A DNA stretch of 64,000 nt from an uncultured Anaerolineae bacterium (GTDB lineage Bacteria; Chloroflexota; Anaerolineae; Aggregatilineales; UBA3940): the NCBI GenBank assembly GCA_964439625.1, contig CAYTPI010000019.1:73-64072 (forward strand), given 5' to 3'. Below, one piece after another: positions 35,496 through 45,644 of this stretch. Made by a program: the position numbers and the translations under genes. The notes under the pieces were generated by a model. It was not told the origin of the DNA. It ran no database searches and worked only from the letters and a program-made list of their open reading frames with translations. Numbering within the stretch: the first letter of the stretch is position 1; each line of letters opens with the position of its first letter.

Positions 35496-37942
35496 TAGTT
35501 AACGTTGATTATGCCCAGCACCACGTGGTCGCCTGTGTCGCTGCCATCAGTGACGCGCAAGCGTAGGCCATTGGCTGGGTTGTAAATGCCTGTGATCAGG
35601 CGGTAGCTGCCGGGGGCCAAGTCAGGCGGAAGCTGAAGCGCGTAGCGATCTGTGACCGTTTCGCCCGCCTCCCAATCAGTCATCGGTAACAACCCGCCGC
35701 CCGGAATACCATCTCGCTGGGTGACGAGGCTGCCATCAGCGTCGAGTAGGTGCGTAAACGTGAAGAAGGAGTCTTCGACGGGTGCATCTGTGCGCCAATC
35801 AACCGCCACGCGGATCACATCACCGGGTGCCGCTTGCTGATCGAGTAAAGCGACAGCTTCGGCATGCAATACGCCTTCAAACACCGCATCAAGTGTGGTT
35901 TTCTCAGGTGTTGCAGGCCCAGCGGCGTATATTTGGTAGTTCAACAAGCCTGACCATTGTTCCGTGCCAATCGGGTAGGCGTTCTCTAATAGCGTGGTTG
36001 CCAACACCCGCGTCGGGTCAGTTGAAGGTGGGTCGTAAATCACTAGCCCGAATGTCTCGCGGTCGTCAAGGGCCATGCTGCCGAGGGCCTCTTGGACGAC
36101 ATCCGCCGTCAGGGGCCAGCGTGCAAGCGGGAAGGCTGCTGTGGATGTGCCAGTGCCGGCTGCCAGCATCTCGGTATGGTCAAAGGGATAGGCAGTGACC
36201 TGATCGACGCCGCTGCTGTTGACGATACCCGCCAGTTGATCGTAGTCCCCCGACATAAATTCGGGTTCGTCGCCGTATAAATCATAGATGTCCGCCCCTA
36301 ACTCAGGGCCACCCCCGACAATGCGATAGGCCGTAATGTGGTCGGTGGGGGTATCCCATTGGAAGGCTGGCTCAAGAATGGTGTCGTTTGGCCCCCACAT
36401 GCGTTCATCCGTGCTCGCCATCGGGCGGATCATATCACGATAGTCGCCGGTATCAACCAAGTAGACGAGGTCTTCTGAGGCCAACCATAAGGCTAACTGG
36501 TAGCGCTGCTCTGGGCTGTCCGGGATGAGGGACTTGACCTCACCAATGCGTGGGCCAAGCAGGGTGCCCGTCCAGAAGATGGTTGCGCGATCCCCTACGG
36601 CGTGGATGCGGAAGGTATCGGTACGTTCAGCCTCACTGAGCATGAAGTCAACGGCTGGGCGGTAAAAGTACCCACTGGTCGAATGCCGTAGGTAAACGCG
36701 GTCATCATAAACGTTGAAGTTGACGTTGTACGGGTCGGTTATCAGGCGTAGGTTAAAGCTAATATTCGGCACCAGGATGCCAATCAGCGCGATGCTTGCA
36801 AACACCGACCCAACCCCTGAACGCCAGTGGTTGAGCGTCTCCGTCGTCAGGGCGATGCCGATGGCGGCTAAGACCACCAGTGCGCTGGCATCGGGCAGAA
36901 GGTAGCGCGTTGCGATCTCGCCGGAGCCAGTCGGACGGTTGGCGACCAGCGGCACCACCAAGAACACAATTCCCGGCACCGCCAAATAGGCGACCTCCCG
37001 CCAGCCCTTGCGGGTGATTAGGGCGTAACCGAGCGCTAAGACAATCGCGGTGACCGTCACCCAGCCCATATACTTGCCGAGTGCATCTGCAATTGTCACC
37101 AGATCGTCCCTGAGTGGGGGTTGTTCCTTGTCTAAGCGTGCTTCGTATTCTGCCGTCTGAAAGACGGTATTGCCCAGCGTGATCGTATGCGTTTCGCGTG
37201 GGGCCACGCCGCTGGCCTCTGCTAATTGATACACCCCTGCCGTCACCCCTAAAGTAATTGTGGCAGCAACGGCCCACATCGCCATCGGTTTAATTAAACG
37301 GTTGAGGTCGCCGAAGACACGCAGCAGTGGTGTGTCATCCCGTGGGATCAAATTTAACAACACGAACGCCACCGGCGGCAGTACCAAAAACGGCAGCATC
37401 GCTGGTTTGACCAAGCGCGCAGCCGTGAGTGAGAAGGCCAGTAGGGCCGTGTGCAGGATCCATTTCGGCTGACCCTTAGCGTTTGTCTGGGCGATCCCTA
37501 CCGTTACCACCATGCTGAAACTGGTCAGGGCTGTCATCATGGGGTCAACAAGGGCTTGGCGCTCATGGAAAGTCGCCAGTGGAATCACAGCGTAGATCAA
37601 GCCAGCGAGCACGCCGACCCAGGCCGACTTCAACTGACGGCCTAAGGCTATGACGCTGGCAATGCTGATGCAGGCCCACAGCGTGTTGAAGTAGCGTCCC
37701 AGCCAGCCAGACTCGGGGCCAGCCGGGTTGAAGTGGGAGAAAACATAGCCCCAGAACCACTTATTCTGATCCAGCCCATCGAACGTTAGCCCATTGATAA
37801 TGTTGTGGACGCGCCCAATATGGCGCACTTCATCACTAAACATGGGGATCGCCATGACGTTGGTCAGGCGGATGAGAATGGCAAGTAGAATTAGCGGGAT
37901 GGCGGCCCAGTAAATCGAGACGCTGCCGAGGCGTGTCTTCAA
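35495..37942 (-). CDS. GT-C fold membrane glycosyltransferase-like protein, long form with conserved C-terminal module
   Basis: It has 'IPMFSDEVRHIGRV', 'NPAGPESGWLGRYFNTLWA' and 'FHERQALVDPMM'. The C-terminus is 'FTFTHLLDADGSLVTQRDGIPGGGLLPMTDWEAGETVTDRYALQLPPDLAPGSYRLITGIYNP'. TTG start. Confidence 0.7.
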   Translation of the reverse strand: MKTRLGSVSIYWAAIPLILLAILIRLTNVMAIPMFSDEVRHIGRVHNIINGLTFDGLDQNKWFWGYVFSHFNPAGPESGWLGRYFNTLWACISIASVIALGRQLKSAWVGVLAGLIYAVIPLATFHERQALVDPMMTALTSFSMVVTVGIAQTNAKGQPKWILHTALLAFSLTAARLVKPAMLPFLVLPPVAFVLLNLIPRDDTPLLRVFGDLNRLIKPMAMWAVAATITLGVTAGVYQLAEASGVAPRETHTITLGNTVFQTAEYEARLDKEQPPLRDDLVTIADALGKYMGWVTVTAIVLALGYALITRKGWREVAYLAVPGIVFLVVPLVANRPTGSGEIATRYLLPDASALVVLAAIGIALTTETLNHWRSGVGSVFASIALIGILVPNISFNLRLITDPYNVNFNVYDDRVYLRHSTSGYFYRPAVDFMLSEAERTDTFRIHAVGDRATIFWTGTLLGPRIGEVKSLIPDSPEQRYQLALWLASEDLVYLVDTGDYRDMIRPMASTDERMWGPNDTILEPAFQWDTPTDHITAYRIVGGGPELGADIYDLYGDEPEFMSGDYDQLAGIVNSSGVDQVTAYPFDHTEMLAAGTGTSTAAFPLARWPLTADVVQEALGSMALDDRETFGLVIYDPPSTDPTRVLATTLLENAYPIGTEQWSGLLNYQIYAAGPATPEKTTLDAVFEGVLHAEAVALLDQQAAPGDVIRVAVDWRTDAPVEDSFFTFTHLLDADGSLVTQRDGIPGGGLLPMTDWEAGETVTDRYALQLPPDLAPGSYRLITGIYNPANGLRLRVTDGSDTGDHVVLGIINVN

Positions 37943-38054
37943 CGGAAACTCCTACATCAAACGAACGCGCAGATTATGCCTATAACAGTCCCGCACTATA
38001 GTCAGACATGCCCGTTGCTGCAACAATTCGCAGTGTTTCAGCGCAACGTCTGCC

Positions 38055-40508
38055 TTACTCTGACAGCACAAACCGACCAATTACCGCATGGTCACCTTCG
38101 CCAGCCGCTGATGTTGTTTGCAGTCGGAGGCTGCTGGCTGGGTCATAGATGCCGCTGATCACGGTGTAAGTGCCCGCGGTAAGTGTAGGCGGCAAAGGAA
38201 TCGCGTAGCGATCTGTGACGGGTTGATCAACGAACCATTGGGTCATCGGTAGCAAGCCGCCACCCGGGATGCCGTCACGTTGGAGCACCAGTTCACCGTT
38301 TTCGTCAAGAACGTGGGTGAAGGTGAAATACTCATCTTCGATTGGCGCGTTGGTCTGCCAAGTGACTTCGATCTGGAGCATCTCTTGGAAAACACGGCGT
38401 ACAAGCGCTGTCTCTAATGTGATTGCGTCCTCGAATATCACGTCTATCGGCTGCGTGTCGAGCGCGTAGGCCTCCAGGGTGTACAAGCGATAATTAAACG
38501 GTCCGTTCCAGTATTCGCGAGGCAGCGTGTAGGCCTCTTCAAACATGGTTGACGCGATCACCTGCTGCGGATCGACCGTTGGTGGTTCAAATAGAACGAT
38601 GCCCAGCGTCTCACCCGGCTCCAGCGGGATTTGAGCGACGGCCTGCTGTACATCTTCTGGGTTAAGCGGGTATACCTGTGTTTGCAGCCGCACGACCGGT
38701 TTACTCGTCTCTTGGGCGACGAAGGTCGTATGTTCCGTGGGGAAGACGGCGATGATATCCGCCGGGCTACCGGTGATCACAGGCCCGATGTTCTGCAGTT
38801 CTATCGGATAGAGTTCTGGGTCGTCTCCCAGTTGATCGTAAATGTAACTGGCCATTGGGTCAGTGGCACCTTCGACGATGTAGGCGTTTTGACGACTGTC
38901 TGGCGTGCGCCATGTATAGGCGCGCCGCAGCAGGAGGCCCTCTGGGCCAACAGGCTGCCCAAGATACTCTGTATCGCGGATGAAGTCATCTTTCCCAGTG
39001 TTCTCCAACACAATGATCGTGTCGCCTGCAATCAACCATTCGGCGATCAGTTCGCGCTGTTCATCAAAGTCTTCTTGAACTAAAAACTGCATCTCACCGA
39101 CTCGCGGCCCAAGTGTGGTCTGGGCGTAACGCAGCAGCTCTACATCGGAGAGAACATGCAGCCGCTCTGAGTCAGAGCGTTCGTATGTCCGCAGCAAAAA
39201 CTGAGCGGCACGCTCGAAGTAGTAGCCGCTGTTGCTGCTGTCGAAGTACACGCGCTGATCGTAAGCCGTCCAGTTGGCTTGGCGCGGATTGGTAATCATC
39301 ACGTAGTTAAACTGCAAATTCTGGTAGAGAATGCCTGCGACGAGCAGCAGGGCAACGGCTGGGGCCCCATAGGGAATCTGTGCTGCCTGCTGTACCACCG
39401 CGCCGATGCCAATTGCTGCAAGCACCGCCAAGGCACTGACGTTCAACAAGAGGTAACGGGTGGCGATCTCACCGGAGCCTGTCAACCTGTCGGCAAGGAG
39501 CGGCACCACCATAAAGAGGATCGCTGGGCAGGCCAGAAACACAACGGCGCGCCACTTGTAACGCAGTGCGCCTGCAAAGACGATTGCCGCCCCGATGCCA
39601 CCAACCACCACCCAGCCCATATACTTGATACTGGCATCCGTCAAGACGGTAATATCATCCAACAGGGTGCCTTGTTCAACGTCTGGCGCACCGCTGATGA
39701 TGGTGTTGCTGAAGGTGGCTTGGAACTTGTCCGTTGGAGTGACGTCGAACTCGGTTTCGGCGAACCAGTAGACGGCATACGTTGCCAGCAGTGTAGTCGC
39801 CACGGCTGCCACCCAGATCGTTAAGGGGGTGTAGGCTTGGTTCCAACGTTGGGCCAGCCAGCGCAGCGGTGATTGATCAGTTGGTAGAACCCCTAGCAGC
39901 AAAAAGGCCACTGGCGGCAGCACCAAAAACGGCAGCATCGCCGGTTTGACTAAGCGAGCTGCCAGCAATGATCCGGTCAGGATGAGGGTCAAGAGCGTGA
40001 TCGGTGCGTCGCGTCGCCAAATCGAGCGGGCCAGGGCCACAGAGGCCACCATACTCAGCGTGGTGAAGGCCGTCATCATAGGGTCAACAAGGGCTTGACG
40101 CTCATGGAAGGTCGCTATGGGCACGACGACATAAATTAGCCCAGCCAGCAGCCCGATCCAGCGAGAGCCGAGAATGCGACCGAGATAAATCGTCCCGGCA
40201 ATGCTGATCGTGGCCCATAGTATATTGAAGTAGCGCGCCAGCCATCCGGCTTCCGGGCCAGTCGGGTTGAGGCCTGCAAAGATGAAGCCCCACAGCCACT
40301 TGTTCTGAGGTAAGCCTTCGAACAGATCGCCCGTCAGTATCTCTTGTGCGCGTACGATGTGACGCACTTCATCAATGAACATCGGAATTTCGAGCACGTT
40401 GACCAGACGCAGCCAAACGCCCGCGAGCAGCAGCACGGCTGCCGTCAAATACCAGTAGCGTTGGGGATGCTCTTGAGCTTCAATTTCAGTAATTTTAATG
40501 GCGCTCAT
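38055..40508 (-). CDS. GT-C fold membrane glycosyltransferase-like protein, long form
   Basis: It carries the same motif set ('IPMFIDEVRHIVRA', 'NPTGPEAGWLARYFNILWA', 'FHERQALVDPMM', and the C-terminal 'FTFTHVLDENGELVLQRDGIPGGGLLPMTQW...'). Confidence 0.7.
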   Translation of the reverse strand: MSAIKITEIEAQEHPQRYWYLTAAVLLLAGVWLRLVNVLEIPMFIDEVRHIVRAQEILTGDLFEGLPQNKWLWGFIFAGLNPTGPEAGWLARYFNILWATISIAGTIYLGRILGSRWIGLLAGLIYVVVPIATFHERQALVDPMMTAFTTLSMVASVALARSIWRRDAPITLLTLILTGSLLAARLVKPAMLPFLVLPPVAFLLLGVLPTDQSPLRWLAQRWNQAYTPLTIWVAAVATTLLATYAVYWFAETEFDVTPTDKFQATFSNTIISGAPDVEQGTLLDDITVLTDASIKYMGWVVVGGIGAAIVFAGALRYKWRAVVFLACPAILFMVVPLLADRLTGSGEIATRYLLLNVSALAVLAAIGIGAVVQQAAQIPYGAPAVALLLVAGILYQNLQFNYVMITNPRQANWTAYDQRVYFDSSNSGYYFERAAQFLLRTYERSDSERLHVLSDVELLRYAQTTLGPRVGEMQFLVQEDFDEQRELIAEWLIAGDTIIVLENTGKDDFIRDTEYLGQPVGPEGLLLRRAYTWRTPDSRQNAYIVEGATDPMASYIYDQLGDDPELYPIELQNIGPVITGSPADIIAVFPTEHTTFVAQETSKPVVRLQTQVYPLNPEDVQQAVAQIPLEPGETLGIVLFEPPTVDPQQVIASTMFEEAYTLPREYWNGPFNYRLYTLEAYALDTQPIDVIFEDAITLETALVRRVFQEMLQIEVTWQTNAPIEDEYFTFTHVLDENGELVLQRDGIPGGGLLPMTQWFVDQPVTDRYAIPLPPTLTAGTYTVISGIYDPASSLRLQTTSAAGEGDHAVIGRFVLSE

Positions 40509-40597
40509 TGTTTATCTGCTGATCTCCAGCGTGGTGGTATCGATAAAACTGACCCTCTTTGCATCGCAGGGGCGCACCTGTGCGCCGAGCTGCATCG

Positions 40598-42997
40598 TCA
40601 TGGCCTGTGAGCAAAAGTGGCAATGGGCACGAAATCTGGGTTGGGGCTGCCGTCAGTAACGCGCAGTCGTAGTTGGCTGGTCGGTTCGTACAGCCCGATT
40701 AAGATGTCATATTCGCCTGCTGGTAGATCGGCTGGGAGCTGTACCACGTACCTATCGGTGATCGTCTCGCCCGGTTCCCACTCAGTGAGGGGGAACAAGC
40801 CGCCACCGGGAATGCCATCGCGCTGGGCGACGAGGTTGCCGTCGGCGTCAAGGATGTGGGTGAAGACCACAAAAGAGTCTTGAACCGGTTCGGCTGTTTG
40901 CCATCTCGCTTCGACCTCGACCATGCCACCGCTATTGCTAACCGCAGCAGTTTTCAAGGTGATGACGCCTTCAAACACCGCATTGACTGGCTCCGCCGCA
41001 TTGACTTCTCCATCGATGTAATGCTGTAACCGCAGCAGACCTGTCCACTGTTCGTTACCGACGAGATAATCTTGCGCAGCGAGTGCCATCGGGATGACGC
41101 GCTCAGGGTCACTAACGGGTGGGTCATAAACGATCACTGCGTAGGGGGCGTTAGGATCAAAGTCCAGTGACTCAACGGCCTCTGTGACGATCTCTGCCGT
41201 CAACGGCCAGGCGCTGACGGGCAGCGCTTCGACGCGGACGTCCGTCAGCGCGTTGAGAATAGGGGCGTGATCATAGGGGTAGGCGATCACCTGCTCGATA
41301 TTCTGCTCGGCAAGGGATGCTGCCAGCGCTTCATAGTCAGCTTGCATGAATTCCGGCTCGTCCCCTAAGAGATCGTAGACTTCAGCCGCCAAGCCTTCAC
41401 GTGCACCTATCACGCGATGCAGGCGCTCTTGACCGTATAATGAGTCCCACTCGGTAAGGTACTCTAGCTCGGTGCCATTGGGGCCTGCTTCGAATGGGTT
41501 TTCTTCTGGAGACTCAATCAGGTAAACGTACTCACCCTGTTCCAACCACAGTGCAATCTGGTACTGCTGCTCGGGGCTGTCATAGAGAATGGCTTTAGAG
41601 TCACCGACGCGTGGCCCCATATAACTCTGCACCCAGAGCATGGTCTTAGGCGGGCCGATTGTATGCTGCCGTTGACCGCCGTTGTTAATCCATTCCGCAT
41701 GCAGGCGGTTAACCACTGGGATGTGGTAATAGCCGCTGGTCGTATCTTCAAAGTATACGCGCTGGTCGTAACGGTTCCAGTTGACCTGCCAAGGGTTTTG
41801 CAGCATGCGGACGTTGAACCACATCGACTGCCCAACCACGACGATCAAAGCAAACAAAGAGATAGCTGGCGCGAGAGTCGGGCTGTACTGACTGACGCGG
41901 GTGACGACCAAGCTTAGGCCCAGCGCGACCAACACACTGAGCGAGACGGTGTTGATCAGTGTGTAGCGGGTGGCGATCTCGCCGGTAGCGGTCGGTGGGG
42001 TGGCGACCACTGGCACCGCCATAAAGAGGATCGCCGGTGCCAGAATAAAGAGCACTTCACGCCAACGGTCTTTGAAGATGAAAGCCAGCACCAACCCGCT
42101 GACCATCAACAAGGTGCCACCGATGCCAACATAACGCACAATGGCGTCCGCTAGAAAGGTAATGTCTTGCGTCAGACGTTCTTGCAGGGCAACCGGGTCA
42201 CCAAGGTAAGCCAAGAGGGTGTTGTCTGCCGAGACCTCCGTCTGCTCACGTGGGTTGACGCCGGTGCTGTCTGCCACAATGAAGATGGCTCGCTCTACGG
42301 CTAGCACAAACACAACGGCTACTAGTGCCGCCACCGTTGGCTTGATCAGCCTGCGCCAATTGGCAAACAGGGGTTTGAGGCTGAAGCGATCAGCCGGTAG
42401 GGCGAATAACAGGAGGCCCCAGATCGGCAAGGCATAGAACGGTAGAATCGATGGTTTGGTGGCACGGGCTAGGGCCATCACAATGCCAAGGCCAGCGGCA
42501 TAGTACCAGACGCTGCGCTTACGGTCGGGGCGCGCTAATGAGATGGCGAATAGCACAGCTACCGCTGCCAGCGCTGCCACCTGCGGGTCCGTTAGGGCTT
42601 GACGCTCGTGGAAGGTCGCGAGGGGCACAACAGCGTAGACTAGGCCAGCCACCAGCCCCGTGGTACGGCGGTCGAGCTTGCGCCCAACTGCCACCGCCGC
42701 CGACATGCTGATGGCGGCCCACAAAATGTTAACGTAGCGTGCGATCCAAGGGCCTTCGGGGCCAGTGGGGTTGAACCACGAGACGACATAGCCATAGAAC
42801 CACTTATTTTGATCGAACCCGGCAAAGGGCACACCGTTCAAAATGCGGTGTGCGCGGATCAGGTGCCAAGCCTCATCGCTGAAGTAAGGGATCAGCATCA
42901 CATCAATGATGCGAATGCTGACGCCAAGCAGCAAGATGCCAATGGCAAGCCAAAGTAAGGTAGTAGATCGAAGATTACGCATAGTGATGCATGTCAA
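40598..42997 (-). CDS. GT-C fold membrane glycosyltransferase-like protein, long form
   Basis: It has 'IPYFSDEAWHLIRA', 'NPTGPEGPWIARYVNILWA', 'FHERQALTDPQV' and the C-terminal 'VVFTHILDADGNLVAQRDGIPGGGLFPLTEW...'. Confidence 0.7.
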   Translation of the reverse strand: MTCITMRNLRSTTLLWLAIGILLLGVSIRIIDVMLIPYFSDEAWHLIRAHRILNGVPFAGFDQNKWFYGYVVSWFNPTGPEGPWIARYVNILWAAISMSAAVAVGRKLDRRTTGLVAGLVYAVVPLATFHERQALTDPQVAALAAVAVLFAISLARPDRKRSVWYYAAGLGIVMALARATKPSILPFYALPIWGLLLFALPADRFSLKPLFANWRRLIKPTVAALVAVVFVLAVERAIFIVADSTGVNPREQTEVSADNTLLAYLGDPVALQERLTQDITFLADAIVRYVGIGGTLLMVSGLVLAFIFKDRWREVLFILAPAILFMAVPVVATPPTATGEIATRYTLINTVSLSVLVALGLSLVVTRVSQYSPTLAPAISLFALIVVVGQSMWFNVRMLQNPWQVNWNRYDQRVYFEDTTSGYYHIPVVNRLHAEWINNGGQRQHTIGPPKTMLWVQSYMGPRVGDSKAILYDSPEQQYQIALWLEQGEYVYLIESPEENPFEAGPNGTELEYLTEWDSLYGQERLHRVIGAREGLAAEVYDLLGDEPEFMQADYEALAASLAEQNIEQVIAYPYDHAPILNALTDVRVEALPVSAWPLTAEIVTEAVESLDFDPNAPYAVIVYDPPVSDPERVIPMALAAQDYLVGNEQWTGLLRLQHYIDGEVNAAEPVNAVFEGVITLKTAAVSNSGGMVEVEARWQTAEPVQDSFVVFTHILDADGNLVAQRDGIPGGGLFPLTEWEPGETITDRYVVQLPADLPAGEYDILIGLYEPTSQLRLRVTDGSPNPDFVPIATFAHRP

Positions 42998-43036
42998 CTT
43001 TAGGTCATTACCCGCTGGTTTGTACCGCTGATGGCC

Positions 43037-45454
43037 TTATTTCACAACGATCTGCCCGATAGCGATCGCATTGTTCTCGCTGCTGCCATCGGTAACGCGC
43101 AAACGGACGTTACTCACCGGGTTATACAGTCCCACGCGCACCGTGTACGTACCCGGTTGCAGATCGGGTGCGGTTTGCAGTGCGAACCGGTCTATAATGG
43201 GCTGCCCGCGCTCCCAGCTTGACGTAGGGAACAGCCCCCGACCGGGCTGCCCGTCGTACTGAGCGACCAGATTGCCGTTTTCATCAAGGAGGTGCGTGAA
43301 GGTGGTGAAGTCATCTCGGATGCTCTCCTCCGTTACCCAAATATAGGCAAAGCGGATGGGATCACCCGCGCGAATTTCCTGATCGAGAATGGCGAAGCGA
43401 TCCAGCGCGATGACTTCTTCGTAGCCCGCTTCGACGGGAGTCAGGCTGGGGTCGGTTGGCCCAGTCACAAAGCCGATGTAATGCAGCACCCCGCTGTAGA
43501 TATCGTCGTAGGCATATAGGTTCGAGGTGTACAGTGCTAGTTGCAGTGTGCGTTCGGCATCTGTCGCTGCCTCATCGACGAGTATCACGCCAACGCGCTC
43601 GCCACCTGTGCCCATCTCGAATAGGGCCGCTTCGATCATATCTTGGTCCAGGGGCCAACGCTGTAAAATGAGGGGGCGAACCTCTGTCTCTGTGAGGCCA
43701 TCGGCGAATTCAGCATGATTCATGGGGAAGGTATACAGCACTTGGCTTGAGACCTGTGGTAGTAAGGCTTCATAATCTGCCGCCATTGATTCGGGTGAGG
43801 CGGCCTGATGCGTGTACACGGCATCGCCCTGAGCACCATTGAGCTGATCGACGCGCCACAGCCACTGGCGACCAGAGCGCGACTCGTTGCTAAATACCGT
43901 CAGCGTCAGGCCTTCAGTGCGGTAGGCCAGCGGCAGCCGGTACCCCTGCTCATCTTCGATCAGAAAAGCCTTTTCACTGCGGGCTACCCAAAAGGGCAGC
44001 GCGCTTGGGTCTTCCGGGTTGAGCACGATCACCGGGCCGGTGCGCGGGCCGAGATAGGCTTTGTATTCCATTTCAGAGAAGGTGACCAAGGTTGTGTAGG
44101 GCTGTGCGCCAGTACGGTCGGTGTTTGCGGCCCAGTCCGCGGCGATTGTCGATGCTGCGTCGCGTCCGAACGCACTCTTGCCGTACCATGGTATCTGTGA
44201 CCGGTACGGCAGTTCGGCTAGATTGAGTGAGTCCCGTAGCCAGATTGGGTCGAACATCCAAGCCATGCCGATTGCCATCGTCGGGAAGACGACCAGACTT
44301 GTAATCATGAACTGCACGGTGCGCTGCTTGTTCAAGAAGCGCTCATATGTGAGCAGAATGGCTATGGCGACGAATACCGCCAGCGCTGGCCCGTTAATCA
44401 CCAAGTAGCGGGGGAATAAGCGCTCAACGCCAAAAGCAGGCCGCACCGCCATCATTGGAATGATCAAGTAGACTAAAGCTGGAACCGCGAGCAGCAGCAG
44501 CGCCGTCCGGTACTTGTGCGACGCAACCAACCAGCCAATGCCGACGACCACAAAGACGACGACACCCAAGCTCCAGAACGTCAGGTGGATGAAGAAGATT
44601 TCGAGCAGATCAGTGCCAAAGCGCGAGACTAGAGTTGGCAGCGTCCAACTCTGCGTGAGAACCGTATTACCCAATGAGACGGTATGCGAGCCGCGTGGGG
44701 AAACCCCTTGCGCTGCTGCCAGCCTATAAATCCATTCCATCACTGCCACAACGATCACAACACTGACGGCACCGTAGGCTGCTACTCGCCAGAAATGCCC
44801 ATCGATGCGTTCGCGAAGCCGCGCAAAGGTGGGAATGCGTCCGTCCGGCATCAGGCGCAGCAGGATCAGGGCGACGAATGGCAGGGCGAAAAAACCGACC
44901 ATCGCTGGTTTCGTCAAGCGTGAGAGCAACAGGAACGCGGTCATAATGACCAGGAACAGCAGTTCACGCCGTCGAGAATAGTTGAAGCGTGCCAGCCGGA
45001 TCATAAAGAGGAAGGCGACCATAGCGGTAGCCGTCATTTGGGCATCATGGATGCCGCGCCGTTCGTGGTAGATGCCCATCGTGGCGACGGCATACAGTAG
45101 CCCCGCCAGCACCCCGGCGCGCCACGAGTGCATCATGCGACCGAGCGAGATCACTGTTGCTGTACTGACCAGCGCCCACAGCACATTGACGTAACGCCCA
45201 ACCCAACTGGCTTCCGGGCCGTTGGCCCCTAACTGCGCGACAAGATAGCCCCAGAACCACTTATTCTGATCCAATCCGTCGAAGGTGCTGCCATTAATGA
45301 TGTTGTAGATGCGCAGCAAATGCCGGATTTCATCGGCGCTAATGGGGTAGTTGTTCAGGTTGACGGTACGCAGCGTAAACGCCACAGCCATCACAAGTAG
45401 GGCCAGCAACCATAGGCTGGCGTAGCGCTGTTGATGTGGGGATGGAACGGTCAT
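43037..45454 (-). CDS. GT-C fold membrane glycosyltransferase-like protein, long form (most divergent copy)
   Basis: It has 'YPISADEIRHLLRI', 'ANGPEASWVGRYVNVLWA', 'YHERRGIHDAQM' and the C-terminal 'TTFTHLLDENGNLVAQYDGQPGRGLFPTSSW...'. Confidence 0.7.
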   Translation of the reverse strand: MTVPSPHQQRYASLWLLALLVMAVAFTLRTVNLNNYPISADEIRHLLRIYNIINGSTFDGLDQNKWFWGYLVAQLGANGPEASWVGRYVNVLWALVSTATVISLGRMMHSWRAGVLAGLLYAVATMGIYHERRGIHDAQMTATAMVAFLFMIRLARFNYSRRRELLFLVIMTAFLLLSRLTKPAMVGFFALPFVALILLRLMPDGRIPTFARLRERIDGHFWRVAAYGAVSVVIVVAVMEWIYRLAAAQGVSPRGSHTVSLGNTVLTQSWTLPTLVSRFGTDLLEIFFIHLTFWSLGVVVFVVVGIGWLVASHKYRTALLLLAVPALVYLIIPMMAVRPAFGVERLFPRYLVINGPALAVFVAIAILLTYERFLNKQRTVQFMITSLVVFPTMAIGMAWMFDPIWLRDSLNLAELPYRSQIPWYGKSAFGRDAASTIAADWAANTDRTGAQPYTTLVTFSEMEYKAYLGPRTGPVIVLNPEDPSALPFWVARSEKAFLIEDEQGYRLPLAYRTEGLTLTVFSNESRSGRQWLWRVDQLNGAQGDAVYTHQAASPESMAADYEALLPQVSSQVLYTFPMNHAEFADGLTETEVRPLILQRWPLDQDMIEAALFEMGTGGERVGVILVDEAATDAERTLQLALYTSNLYAYDDIYSGVLHYIGFVTGPTDPSLTPVEAGYEEVIALDRFAILDQEIRAGDPIRFAYIWVTEESIRDDFTTFTHLLDENGNLVAQYDGQPGRGLFPTSSWERGQPIIDRFALQTAPDLQPGTYTVRVGLYNPVSNVRLRVTDGSSENNAIAIGQIVVK

Positions 45455-45644
45455 TGAGTCGTAGATCGGTTGGAATTTTCAACGAAGCCGTATTGTAGTA
45501 GCCATTATCGGCGATTGCGAAAATAAAGCCTCAATCAGTCTAAATAAGGAAATGCTGTCAGCCTCAGGGAGCAGCAGGGGTCGAGTCCGCATTTAGTGTT
45601 CGACTACAAAGATGTGCTAAGAGCAAAACGTTTGTGACTAAACA

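Noticed and set aside
37563-45260. Three mutually similar short ORFs (37563..37760, 40102..40299, 45045..45260) lie inside the GT-C genes and might look like a conserved overlapping gene.
   Set aside because: They lie in an alternative frame of the most conserved DNA block of the paralogs. Their similarity is a by-product of conservation in the main frame.
45560-45600. The string 'ggggtcgagtccgc' resembles a tRNA T-arm.
   Set aside because: No complementary T-stem, acceptor stem or anticodon arm can be drawn around it.
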